In this document: positions 1-18,700 of the stretch, piece by piece | Layout of the letters: every line of letters begins with the position of its first letter | How positions within the stretch are numbered: position 1 is the first letter of the stretch | Source of the DNA: Collodictyon triciliatum | Taxonomy: Eukaryota | Assembly: GCA_043381765.1 (NCBI GenBank) | Contig: JBHJMP010000595.1 | Span: forward strand, 44,270 to 64,269 | DNA length: 20,000 nucleotides | Direction: 5' to 3' | Notes under the pieces: generated by a model | Told to the model about the DNA's origin: nothing | The model's input: only the letters and a program-made list of their open reading frames with translations | The model's database searches: none | Made by a program: the position numbers and the translations under genes

Positions 1-76
1 GACTGTTTTACCATCGCTTAAGAAATAAATATCCAAGTAAATAACTTTAAATTGAATAAAGGGGGAAATCCCCAAA

Positions 77-123
<47 letters not shown>

Positions 124-489
124 ATATTATGATTTGTGTGATAAGCGCGTTATATGCATCAGAAAGAAAGAAAACATACGTGGCCTCGAATCCAGGGTAT
201 GAAGCGAATCGACGGGTTACCGTCACAACTTTTCCAAAGCGATCGGAAATAAGTAACTCATGAACGACCCACTGGAGATCGTACACGATAAATAACAAAG
301 CGAATAAATAAATATATATAAACCATAGAGAATGTAAGCGACCAGAGAAGGAACTTTGCACAAGACTGCAACCGGGCCATTCCTTTTCACAAGAAGGCTC
401 CCGGACACAATTATCGACACCCTTACCTTCCCCACAGCGCCGGTGGCTCCAAAGACAACAGCGCTCAGTTTCTTCTGGGATTCAGACAT
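1..489 (-). CDS. TIP30/HTATIP2/Fmp52-like atypical SDR NAD(P)-binding protein, 5' part (truncated by window edge)
   Basis: Exons 489-427, 271-180 and 16-1 with GT-AG introns give MSESQKKLSAVVFGATGAVGK-WVVHELLISDRFGKVVTVTRRFASYPGFEAT-DGKTV. It has an N-terminal Rossmann GATGxxG motif followed by the F-x-KV-x-x-x-x-RR pattern typical of HTATIP2/Fmp52/YraR. Confidence 0.75.
74..126. repeat. (AAAT)n microsatellite, intronic
   Basis: About 13 perfect units read directly. Confidence 0.95.
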
Positions 490-1332
490 GTCTTCTCTTC
501 GATTCCTGCCGATTTACACACTCACACGATTAGTAGCCTAACTTCAGTGCTGAATCCACTTCTTTGCAAGAACAATGTACTAAAGGCGAAGAGCAGATTG
601 TCAGCCACAAGCAGAGAAAAACTCAGCCTCTTCTGACAGCTGATTACATAAACAAAAAGCTAAAAAAAAATGAAAAGGAAATGATCGTCGGTCAGTTCCA
701 CAAAAATATACCAAATCCGCATTTGGGAATCAAGATTCAAGATATATCCAAATATGGAAAATAGCGTCACTGCATAATGAAATCGTGCTTCTTCAGATCA
801 GGTGACTATCGGTGCTAAAAAAATATAAGGCACTATTAAATACTTAAATATTATAAGTACAGTACACTTCAAAGCGACGTTTGTACTCCCTTTGCCGTCT
901 CTTATCGGTTATCATTAACCTTTCCTCCATTTTCTCTCCTTTTGTTGTTATTCTTTGAGCTGCCTCGCGTGTGGTTTCTGACCCGAGAAGTGCCCACTCT
1001 AACTCGCTGCCTGTGACCCAGACGCAGCCCAGACAAACTCCCGACAAATGCAATACCAATATGAAATGCATAAAATATACAACCTGTTCTTTTCCTTCTT
1101 TCTGACAAGAAGCGCAAGTACCTTAGCACCTGGCGTTCTCTTTGTCTGAGCGGTTTTTTTTTCTTCCTTTATTTTTTTTCCATATCTTCTCCCTTCTATT
1201 CTCCCACTTCTTTTTTCTTTCTTTCTTTCTTTCTTCTTTTTCATTCCCCCTTCCCTATATAATCTGTCACAAGATACACTTTCGAGCATTCGGTCTATTC
1301 AAAACATTCTTTAACCTTTTATCTCCGGAGCC
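490..1332. promoter_or_regulatory. Divergent intergenic region (candidate bidirectional promoter) between the TIP30-like and AGMO-like genes
   Basis: Head-to-head ATGs 843 bp apart, with pyrimidine tracts at ~1145-1260. No specific motif identified. Confidence 0.4.
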
Positions 1333-3842
1333 ATGGCGAAACACCCCGAAGTGCCGGATTACATCCAGGCATCAATCCCTTTCTTTATCCTCTTTGTGGT
1401 TGTGGAGGTGACCGTCAGTGTTATTTCTGGTCGCAAGTTTTATCGCCTCCACGATACCATCAGCAGCTTGACTGCCGGCCTTATCATGGTAATCCGGCTT
1501 CCTCACGCTTGTCTTTTCTATGCATGATATTAAAGTTTGTGTGTATGCTTGTTGTTTTCTTCATTATTTTTTTCTTTTTGACATATCTCAAACGACGATG
1601 TATAATAGTGACCCCGTTGTGTGTATGTATATTTGTAAGATATCAAAAGTCAACTGGACAGTGCCGTTGTCTATACTGAATCAAACATTTGAATAAATGC
1701 CCAAAGATGCTCTTGAATGTGTTTCTGGATGCGGTTGGAGTTTTCCCATATGAATGGATCTATCAAAACTATTCCTTTGTGAATATCCCAAAGGACTCTG
1801 TTGGTGGTTGGATTGCTGCTTTCCTCGGTGTCGACTTGGCCTATTACTGTGAGTATGAACAAATCTCTCAAATTAATTGGATACAAAATATATAATCATG
1901 ACCAATCCTTTATTAATCCATTTATCCATTCATACAATATCTCTAGGGTTCCACCGAGCTGGACATCGTGTGAACATCGGCTGGGCGACCCATGCACCGC
2001 ATCACTCAAGTGAAGGTATGAATTTAATTCTTTATTATAAAACCAAATAGCGTGCAGATAGAAGTCAAAGTCTCGATTGATATATCATAAAGAAACATTC
2101 ACATGCAATATTTTTAACAGTCAACAAACAGCCCCATATAAATTTGATTACCTACTGACATAGTGGTTTTACTGCCTCCTCATATAATATTCTAGATTAC
2201 AATTTGTCCACAGCATTGCGCCAAGGTTGCGTCCAAATCCTGTTTTCTTTTGTTTTCAATTTGCCCATGGCTTTCTTCCTTCCTGTCCAGCTCTATTTGG
2301 CCCATCGCCAATGGAACACAATATATCAGTTTTGGATACACACAAAGTGAGTGAATTATATAGATATATTACTTTCCGTATATTTCTATCTTAAACTATG
2401 TTAATTCTCACCAAAATATCGCAATTTATCTGTACCTTATTCTTGCTCTCTACACAGATCGGTTGGAAAACTTGGCTTTCTAGAATATATAATTAACACG
2501 CCGAGCCACCACCGCGTGCACCATGGTAAGAAACATTATATCTGGACCATTCTGCTAAGCGTCATCATCGTTGGGTACACTTTATATAATTTAAATACTA
2601 AAAATCTATTTGATAAAGCGCGCAATCCGCAGTACATCGACAAGAACTATGCAGGAACTTTAATCATTTGGTATGGTTCAATCACCTTTTCCTTGGCGCA
2701 AAATAATATGGGCAGCAAGAAAATTATTAGTAAGCCTCTGAATTATTTACAGGGACCGCATGTTTGGCACCTTTGAAGAGGAGAAGGAAGAGGTATTCGA
2801 CCTCCGCGCATACTCTGACATCGATGCCGATATTATTTTCATACCAATTTGTTAGAATTCTTATCCATAAGAGTTCCCCTCATATTATCCCCTCCCTTTC
2901 TTTCTTCTTAAAAATAACAAAAGATGTAGTCCAGAATATAATATCATCGCGTGGTTTATATGTGTAAATGAAACAAATGTCGGAATAGGTTGCATACGGT
3001 CTTGTTCACAACTTGGATACTTGGGATGCCCTATATGCACAATATCACCACTTATGGCATATATTTTCGAGTGCCATCAAAGCACCAAATATCAGCACTG
3101 CATTTCACATAGTCTTTGATTCCCCAGCTTGGACTCCTGAGGGCGAGCTCTCTGTCCCACGTAAAGCAAGAGTTTATCTTGTATTGCATGCATACTTGTT
3201 ATTCGAATATCTCACAGAGCCGAAATAATTCTAAATTATCATTTCATACTTCAAAATCTTATGTTTTCGCGACTGCCACAAAATAATTAGATGTGAAAGC
3301 AAACAAAGTCGTTCCATACGACACTATCTTGCCTTTCGGTTTGAATGCATACGTGATTGTAAGCTTCCTGATTGCCGTTTTGGAATCCCTCGCTGTCCTT
3401 GGAGCGCAAGAGAAGTTGGGATGGAGACTTGCAGCCGTCTATGTGATTTACTGCGTTATGTCATTGGCCTGCGTAGGGTTTTTGATGGATGCAAATGTCA
3501 AGGCAAAGTATATGGAGGTGAGTCACATGCATTTTTTTCTTTTTCTTCTCCGTTTCTCGATTTATGTCCCAGAGAATACATTTAGTGAGTATGATTGTTA
3601 TTGACTGTCATGTTTTCTGTGGGGTTCTCGCTCCAACTTAACCTTCGACCGCCATGCTGTAGATAGCGCGCCATTGCATCACAATCGCGTGGTTTGTGGC
3701 AGCCGACCCAGTCGAGATTCCAGCCACCTTCAAGCAATACATCCAGTTATCCAGCCTCGTCTCCATCTGCTGGATTCTTTTGTTTTATTCTGGGTACTGC
3801 AAGAAGTCCAAAAGAACACCGAGTCACGAAAAGAGCGATTAG
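1333..3842 (+). CDS. AGMO: Alkylglycerol monooxygenase-like protein (fatty acid hydroxylase superfamily), 10 exons, ~418 aa
   Basis: Exons 1333-1488, 1707-1848, 1947-2015, 2196-2346, 2458-2525, 2619-2670, 2753-2792, 2989-3160, 3291-3517 and 3663-3842, all GT-AG and phase-consistent. Translation has EVPDY..[90 protein letters not shown] and YGLVH, plus the C-terminal TM region (GFLMD..KAKYME). It is collinear with human AGMO and has the 8-His di-iron motif. Confidence 0.92.
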
Positions 3843-4037
3843 GATGACGCATCTAAACACGCCACACATCCACACAAATCATAAAAACAAACGCGCACGC
3901 TCTGAATGAATAACCATGACAGGCGCGAAGATAAACAGACCCCCGCATACGACCCGGTTTGCAAGAAAGAACACAAACTCAAACGCAAACTGAGTCACAA
4001 ACTCACAAGCACAAACTGAGTCACAGCGTCCACCGGA

Positions 4038-4617
4038 ATGGCCCAACCCACACGCTATATCTCTGCCGACGAACTCGCCCGACACAATCGCGTCGAAGAC
4101 TGCTGGGTTTGCATCAAAGGCGACATTGTGGACGTGACCAAATACCTGGACACACATCCTGGCGGCCGAGACGTTCTCCTGGGCTGTGCAGGTGCGTTGG
4201 CTTGTCCCTTCAAAAAAAAGAAGAAAAAAAGAAAAAAAAGAAAAAAAGGAAAGAAAAAAGGAAAAAAGAAAAAAAAAGGAAAGAAAAAAGGAAGTTGACT
4301 AAACAGAACAGCGATCGGCTTTCTCGGTGCTGCTCAAACGCTCTGAAAACTTTGTAGGTCGCGACGGCACAAAAGGCTTCGAGGATGTGTGCCACTCTGG
4401 TTTGGCGGACGAGCTTGTGCAGCAGTTCTCAGTTGGGGTTCTTCTGCCGGAAGTGGCGCAAGTGGCGCAAGAGCCTGTGCAGGAGAAGTTGGACACAAGT
4501 GCCGAGGCCAAGGATGAGGAAGTTGTGCAGCCGCGATTGTCGGGCTTTGGCCTGCCTTTGATTGTCATCGGGGTGGCAGTTTTGGTCGCGGGTGTCTGGC
4601 TGGCTCGTGAGCGATAG
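4038..4617 (+). CDS. Tail-anchored cytochrome b5, 2 exons, ~137 aa
   Basis: Exons 4038-4191 and 4358-4617 (GTGCGT..TAG intron). ELARHN..DCWVCIKGDIVDVTKYLDTHPGG.DVLL..AGRDGTKGFEDVCHS contains the b5 HPGG motif and the second axial His. C-terminal TM GLPLIVIGVAVLVAGVWL is followed by ARER*. Confidence 0.93.
4212..4293. repeat. A/G-rich low-complexity tract in the cytochrome b5 intron
   Basis: Runs of A punctuated by G; source of the spurious poly-Lys ORFs. Confidence 0.85.
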
Positions 4618-4635
4618 ATAAGGCGACATTGTTGT

Positions 4636-4683
4636 TGATGATGGTGATGATGATGGTGATGATGATGGTGGTGATGATGATGA
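4636..4683. repeat. Imperfect (GAT/GGT)n trinucleotide repeat just after the b5 stop
   Basis: gatgatggtgatgatgatggtgatgatgatggtggtgatgatgatga. Confidence 0.9.
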
Positions 4684-5004
4684 ATTAAGATTTATAAAGC
4701 AAAGCAATTCAAAAGTAATGCTACGGTTTCTTGTGGCAACGTGCTTGTGCGTTTTCTGCTGGATGATTTTGCTTTTACTTGCTCTCCTATCATCTTCGGT
4801 GTCTTTTTTTTTATTTTTTATTTATTTATTTATTGAACGGCGCCCTTTTAGTTTCATCCTTTTATCTTCAGCAGATTCGATTTCTGAATTGAAAAAGAAA
4901 GAGAAAAAAAGAAAAAAAAGAAAAAAAAAGAAAAAAAGAGCACATCGAGAAAAAAGCAAAGTGAATGGTAGATAAGATAGTATAATGACAAAGTCGCCAG
5001 CAGT

Positions 5005-12075
<7,071 letters not shown>

Positions 12076-12587
12076 AACCCCACGACTTACTTCTGCTGTA
12101 TATCTGCGACGCAGGCGAATGGTGAGAACCACGAGCAGCTTGCACAATGAGAGTCGCTGACTCTGATCCAATGCGCAGATACTTGCCACACAAACACACA
12201 GCCGCCCAGCTTGTCAAAACCGCAAGCAAACGTGCAAATCGGATCGGCCGGCCTTTTCAACATTTCTGGAAATTATAAACAACAACATGTATATTCATAT
12301 ATAGCGGATGATTGTCACCTGAGCAATCTAAAATACTCATTCATATTGTTATCATATACTTTATATATCACCTGTTGACCACAGACAGATTATTCCAGAT
12401 CTGTACTCGCTTTGCGTGGTTGCAATCAAACAAACAGATATTATTGCCAAAGCTCAATGCAACACTTAAGAACTATCCAAACTTTTCTGAAAGCTTGTTT
12501 CCGCCTCATCCCTCGGCGCGCCTTTCATGAAGTGGCTACCCAGAATCGGCTGTATTTTCTTTTCTTTTCTTTTCCTTTCTTTTTTTA

Positions 12588-12662
<75 letters not shown>

Positions 12663-12713
12663 ACGCCCACGTCAGAGCCGTTTTCAGAGATCAAGCAGCA
12701 GAAATCTCAACCG
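12076..12713. promoter_or_regulatory. Divergent intergenic region between the CH/coiled-coil gene and eIF5B
   Basis: Head-to-head ATGs 638 bp apart; contains a (TTA)n tract ending ~50 bp upstream of the eIF5B ATG. Confidence 0.4.
12589..12662. repeat. (TTA)n microsatellite upstream of eIF5B
   Basis: About 24 perfect units. Confidence 0.95.
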
Positions 12714-15700
12714 ATGGCGCCCAAAAGAGACCAACGAAAGAAAAACGTCGACGACTTTGAAGAAGCTGAACCGTACCGTTTTGATTCCTTCCATTCGATC
12801 CTTTATCCCCACTTTTGATCCTTTGATTCACGAGCAAGCTGAACTGTAGTCATCACCACTCTATTTCCCTGGGGTTCAATGTCTAAGTGTGCCTTTCCTA
12901 TATCCTTTTTCTTTCTTTTCCTCTTTGTTGCAGTCCGCAGCCAACAACGACAAAAGGCAAGGGAAAGCAAGCTGAACCCGCGGAAGATGCCGAAGTTGAA
13001 GAGGACTGGGACCAAGGCTCCAAGAAGAAGGCCGCAAAGAAGAAGATAGCCCAGAAAATCTCGGAGCAACAAGAAGAGGAAGAAGAACCGAAATCAGCTG
13101 CTTCCAAAAAGTATCTTACATAATCACTATCAGAAAATTAATATTCATACACTCACGATTTATGTCCAATAATTGATGTTCAGTTCAGCAATTAGCTAAA
13201 CTTTAATCGGACCATGAATACAGAGCGGCTAAAGGCAAAGGAAAACAAGCCGAGCCGGAACCAGAGCCTGAGCCTGAAAGTGCACCAAATCTCGACGAAG
13301 AACTCGACTGGGTTCAGGAGAAGAGGAAGGGCAAGAAAGGAAAGGAGCCGCAACCAGAAAAGTAAGAGCCATATTCCGTTTGCAGACTGTAATAGAATAG
13401 ATTCTTCTACCCTGTGCGTCTTTAATTGATAGTTCCCTTCATTTTGACAGAGGTGCTGCATCTGCGGGCAAGGGAAAGGGCAAACAAGCTGAGCCGGAAC
13501 CAGAGCCGGAGCCTGAAAGTGCACCAAATCTCGACGAAGAACTAGACTGGGTTCAGGACAAAAAGAAGGGCAAGAAAGGAAAGGAGCCGCAACCAGAAAA
13601 GTCAATACATAATGATAGAAAACAATCTTTGTACACCTGTGAACCGTCTCATGTGTGTGTAGTTCCTATTCCGACGCGTTACTAATTCTACACACACTTC
13701 TGAGCAGAGCTGCCGCAGTGCCAAACAAAGGGAAAGGCAAGAAAGCTGAGCCCGAGCCTGAACCTGAGCCCGAACCCGAGACTGCACCAAACCTCGATGA
13801 AGAACCTGACTGGGTCCAGGACAAAAAGAAGGGCAAGAAGGGCAAACCACAAACAGAAAAGTATATAAAATTGAATGATGTGTTTGGTTATAGAAAACAG
13901 AATAACATACAGCATACTTGAACTTTATCCCGGGTTTCAATCAATATATTAATATTGTAACGCATTGGTGGTTTCATGTATGACTTTAATTTAGGGAAGA
14001 GCCAAAAGAACCTGCGCCCAAACCCCAGCAACAGCCGAAGCCAAAACCGTACATGCACTGATAATTTGGACAAACTTCCCGCCCTATCTGCATCTAAACA
14101 CTTTTTGGATTTTTTTATATATATATTTTGAACTTAGTATTTATCGAAATAGCTGACTAGAATACTTTAACAACATGCCACAAAGTGCTCCCGAAAAGGC
14201 ACAAGATGCACCCGCCCCGGCCCCAGCGAAAAAGGGAGGAAAGCAAGCTCCGGCAAAGGCCGAAGAGAAGTCAGCGCCTGCTGAAGAGTCCAAGGAAGAG
14301 ACCAAGAAAAAAGTTCCTGCTCACATTCGAAAGTTGCAGGAGATGCAACAGAGAATACGGTTCGCTTTGATACATACACAAGCATTTCACAACAGTTGAC
14401 GAATACTTTCCTAATTTTTTTTTAATTTATTGCTCTGTTGGTTATTCAAAAACATTTTCTGTGTTTATCATGTAGCGAGGAGGAGGAGCGCATCAGGAGA
14501 GAAGAAGAAGAGGCGCGCATCAGAGCAGAGGAAGAGGCTAGATTGGCAGCAGAAGAAGCAAAACGAAAGGAAGAAGAGCGCCAAAGAAAGAAGTTGCTTG
14601 AAAAGGTTATTTTCTTCAATCTGTGTTATTTCTTCAAAGAGTGTTTATGGTTATTCTAATCACCATCTTAAAATCAAAACAAGTGTGTTGACGGTTGACT
14701 ACGTAGAGTTTACTTGATGCATTATGTAGCATAAAATTTCATGAGATGTTTTCGGTTACACGCGAAGTTGCATAATTTTATATTTTCCTTCAGGAAGAGA
14801 AAGAACGCCTTCGAAGGGAAGGAAAGCTTTTAACACCTGCTCAACAAGCCAGAGCCGAAAAGAACGCAGCTTTCCTCCAGAGTCTGAGTAAGATTGGGGT
14901 TGCCATTCCCACAACAAACACCCCAGGGCAGGGTGAGACCAAGCCTAAGAGGCCTGATTATGGAAAGAAGAAACCTACAACGAAGAAAGCAGCAGATGAG
15001 CAAAATTTAAGTAAGAATAATTCTTATTCACAAATCGTACAAAATTAGCTTCAAAGAAATGAAAAAGAAATGAAAAAGAAATGAAAAAGAAATGAAAAAG
15101 AAATGAAAAAGAAATGAAAAAGAAATGAAAAAGAAAACAAACATGACTGATTAACAAACATGCAATATGATGCAATATTTTTCTGTAGAGTGAACACATG
15201 CTTATTCTTTTTTTCCAGAAATGCAAATAATTGTTTCTGGCTTGAGATAATAATCATATCTCCTTTTGATTTTGATTCGAGAATTATCCACTCTTTTGAT
15301 TACATGATTTCAATATATACTTATCTTTATTTTCATATTTGATGCAGATGCGCTGTCTGAATCTGTGAACGAGTTGACCCTTTCAGAAAAACCTGACCCA
15401 CAGGAAAGCCAGGCAGCCGACCCCACCGATGCAGGAGACAATAAGAAGGAGTCAGAGAAAGAAAAAGAGACAAAATCCGAATCAAGTGATGTTCCTGAAG
15501 CTTGGGATGCAGATGACGACGTTCCAGATGAATGGGACGCAGATGAATCTGAAGACAAACCCGAGGAGAGTGAAAAAGCCCAGCCCGAAGAACAAGCTTT
15601 CCATAAGGTGGAGGCTGCTGACGAAGACGAAGAGGCTGAAGACGAAGGTATATTTGCAGTTCGTGTGATATGTTTTAACCATTGCTTCCACTTTATCTAA

Positions 15701-18700
15701 TTGTAAAATGTCGCTCTAATTCATGTTAACTAAATAACCTAAATTGAATTAAGATGCAGCGGAACCACCGAAGGAAGCTAAGCCATCTGAAAAGAAAAAA
15801 GAAGAGAAACCCTCATCTCAGAGTATATTTCAGCCTCTTATTTGAAAACAAAACAAAACAAAACAAAACAAAACAAAACAAAACAAAACAAAACAAAACA
15901 ATTCAAAACAAAACAATTCAAAACAAAACAAAACAAAACAAAACAATTCAAAACAAAACAAAACAAAACAAAACAAACGAAAAAAATAAACAAATCTTAC
16001 ATTTCAACATTTACTTACAATTGTTTACGATCAACAAATACTCATCATAATAATTTATTTCTCCTATAAATAGAGTCATCAAGTTCAGCTAAGGTTTCTA
16101 TCAATACGAATTAAAAAATTTCTTTTGACTGGTATGTATGACTTTGTGTTCCTAGCTAACCATGAATTTCTTCGGTCTGTCCTTAAAAACCTTCAGGCTG
16201 ATGAGGAGGCTGATAAGGTTGATTCATTAATTTTTCTTATAAAGCCTAATCTAAATAGAAAAATTCTTTTAATTTTTTTTATCTTATTCATACCATATTT
16301 TTATTTGCAAAATGATCACTCACCATTTTATTTATAAAACCCAAAAAGTAATATCTATAATTTCTGTCAGCTTTTTTTATTTTATTTATTTATCCGTCTG
16401 CTGAAACAAGAGAAAAAAGAGGACATGCAAATACTTCATAATCAATATCGAGTAGGTCAATTGACATTCAAAATCTTATCTAGGCTGAAAGTGATGATAA
16501 CCTTCGCTCCCCAATTTGCTGTATTTTGGGCCACGTGGATACAGGAAAAACCAAGCTATTGGATAAAATCCGCTCGACCAATGTTCAAGAAGGTTCTAAT
16601 TTAGCAAGATGTTACTCACTGAAAGTTGCTCAATTCATCGGAAGCCAATAGACAATTATTTCTTTAATATGTTCCTTTGATATCATAACAATATATTACA
16701 TGGTGCTGCAAATCAGCTACTTTAAAATCGGGATATTGACCAATTTTAGCTAGTGATAAAAATTTTAACCATGTTTTTATGCTCATTTCTATAGGCGAAG
16801 CTGGCGGTATCACTCAGCAAATTGGTGCTACATTCTTTCCCATGGAGTCCATTCGCCAGTTGACCTCCAAAGTTGGCTTTGTAAGTGAAAATGACATGTG
16901 ATTTTAAAGAAACTGATTATTCACGATGTAGGAACTAATCCTTATTATTATCATTATTTTATTACCATTTTATTATTATTATTTTAATAAGCTCATTTCA
17001 CAAATTAATTCCAAGTAAATATGATCACATCACTCTAGTCTTTTGTAAACATCTGCATTATCGTCTTTGTTTTTGTGAAGGCATATGTAAATCTAATCAT
17101 CTCTAAAATTATGCAAGGATCATAAAATGGCATACAAAGTTCCTGGACTTCTCATCATCGATACACCTGGACACGAGTCCTTCACAAATCTTCGCTCGCG
17201 TGGCTCATCTCTCTGCGACATTGCTATCCTTGTGGTCGATATTATGCATGGTCTCGAGCCGCAGACACTCGAGTCAATCAACTTGCTCAAGATGAGAAAA
17301 ACGCCTTTCATTGTCGCTCTGAATAAGGTCGATCGTCTCTATGATTGGAAGACATGTCCAAATACTCCTATTCAAGATGCCCTGAAACAACAAAGCAAAG
17401 CTGTTATTGCTGAGTTTGAGTCACGCTCACGCGAAGCCATAAATGCGCTCCAGGAGCAGGTTGGTAGAGTTCTTTACACCTTGGCAATCTTTTAAAATGT
17501 TGTTTGTATAATCGCAACTCCTTACTTAATAGCGTACGTACATTTGTTGAGGCTATGTATCATTCTTCTTTCATGTAAATATGGTGTATCTACTAGGGAT
17601 TTAACTCTGCGCTATGGTACAAGAACAAGGACCACAAAAATGTCCTATCCTTGGTCCCAACCTCTGCCATTTCAGGAGAGGGTATTCCCGACCTTCTCCT
17701 GCTTTTGATTCAATTGACACAAAAGTTTATGAATCAGCGTCTGATGTATCTTTCTGAGCTCACATGTACAGTCCTTGAGGTATTTTCCATACAAAGTAAA
17801 GTCACCCTATGAACCTGGTTTAAAACTGGAGTTTTTACTGATTCAGATGTGTTCTAGGTGAAAGTCATCGAAGGTCTTGGTACAACAATCGATGTAGTCT
17901 TGAGTAATGGCATTCTGCGTGAGGGACAAACCATCGTTGTGTGCGGTTTGAATGGGCCTATTGTCACAACCATTCGCGCCCTCTTGACACCACAGCCCAT
18001 GAAAGAACTACGTGTCAAGGCAAGACATCGAATCACATCTTTACCATTCGTAGTTTTCATCCGTTTACTGTTGCGCCACTGAAGCGGCATGTTTAATTAT
18101 GTTATTCCACTGTAATACAGGTGGATACTCAAAGTTTTTCTTTCTTTTTTGGTCACACAAACCAGGGCCAATATGTCCACCACAAGATGATTAAAGCCGC
18201 CCAGGGAGTCAAAATATCGGCTCCTGGTTTGGAGTACGCTATTGCAGGCACACAACTTGTTGTCGTCGAGGATGACGATGATATTGAGGAGGTGAAGGAG
18301 CAGGCTATGAGTGACCTCAACACCATCTTGAAATCAGTGGACAAGAGCGGGAAGGGTGTTTATGTTCAGGCTTCCACTCTAGGTTCACTCGAAGGTGCGT
18401 CATATTTTTCAGCGTTACATCACGTTTCCATCATCACTTCTATGTTCTTTCTTTTTCTCTTTCTGATCGTATCATCCTCTCAAGGGTTTTCTCAATTCGA
18501 CTCTCTCGAACAATTTTTTTTCAAAAAACATACAAATAGCGCTTCTTGAGTTCCTCCGCACTTCATCAATTCCTGTTTCTGGAATCAATATCGGCCCAGT
18601 TCACAAAAAGGATGTCACCAAGTGTTCGGTTATGTTAGAGCATAAGAAAGAGTACTCTTTTTTTTTATATATACATTTTTTATATTTTTGAAATTTTTTA

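Noticed and set aside
564-1411. Short ORFs in the intergenic region, and poly-K/F/Y/YLFI ORFs elsewhere in the track
   Set aside because: Low-complexity translations of repeats, introns or antisense exons, mostly with non-ATG starts and no recognisable domains.
3840-4040. Stop-codon readthrough fusing AGMO to cytochrome b5
   Set aside because: An in-frame TAA follows 14 codons after the TAG, and there is no CTAG readthrough context.
12900-12908. ATATCCTTT matching the U12 AT-AC donor; GTATCTT donor at 13111
   Set aside because: The first lies in the pyrimidine tract of an ordinary GT-AG intron with no usable exon before it. No CCTTAAC branch site supports either as a minor intron.
15056-15132. 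CRISPR-like or telomeric array (also 19899-20000)
   Set aside because: Head-to-tail simple repeats with no spacers, not G-rich telomeric units; microsatellites are common in introns throughout the window.
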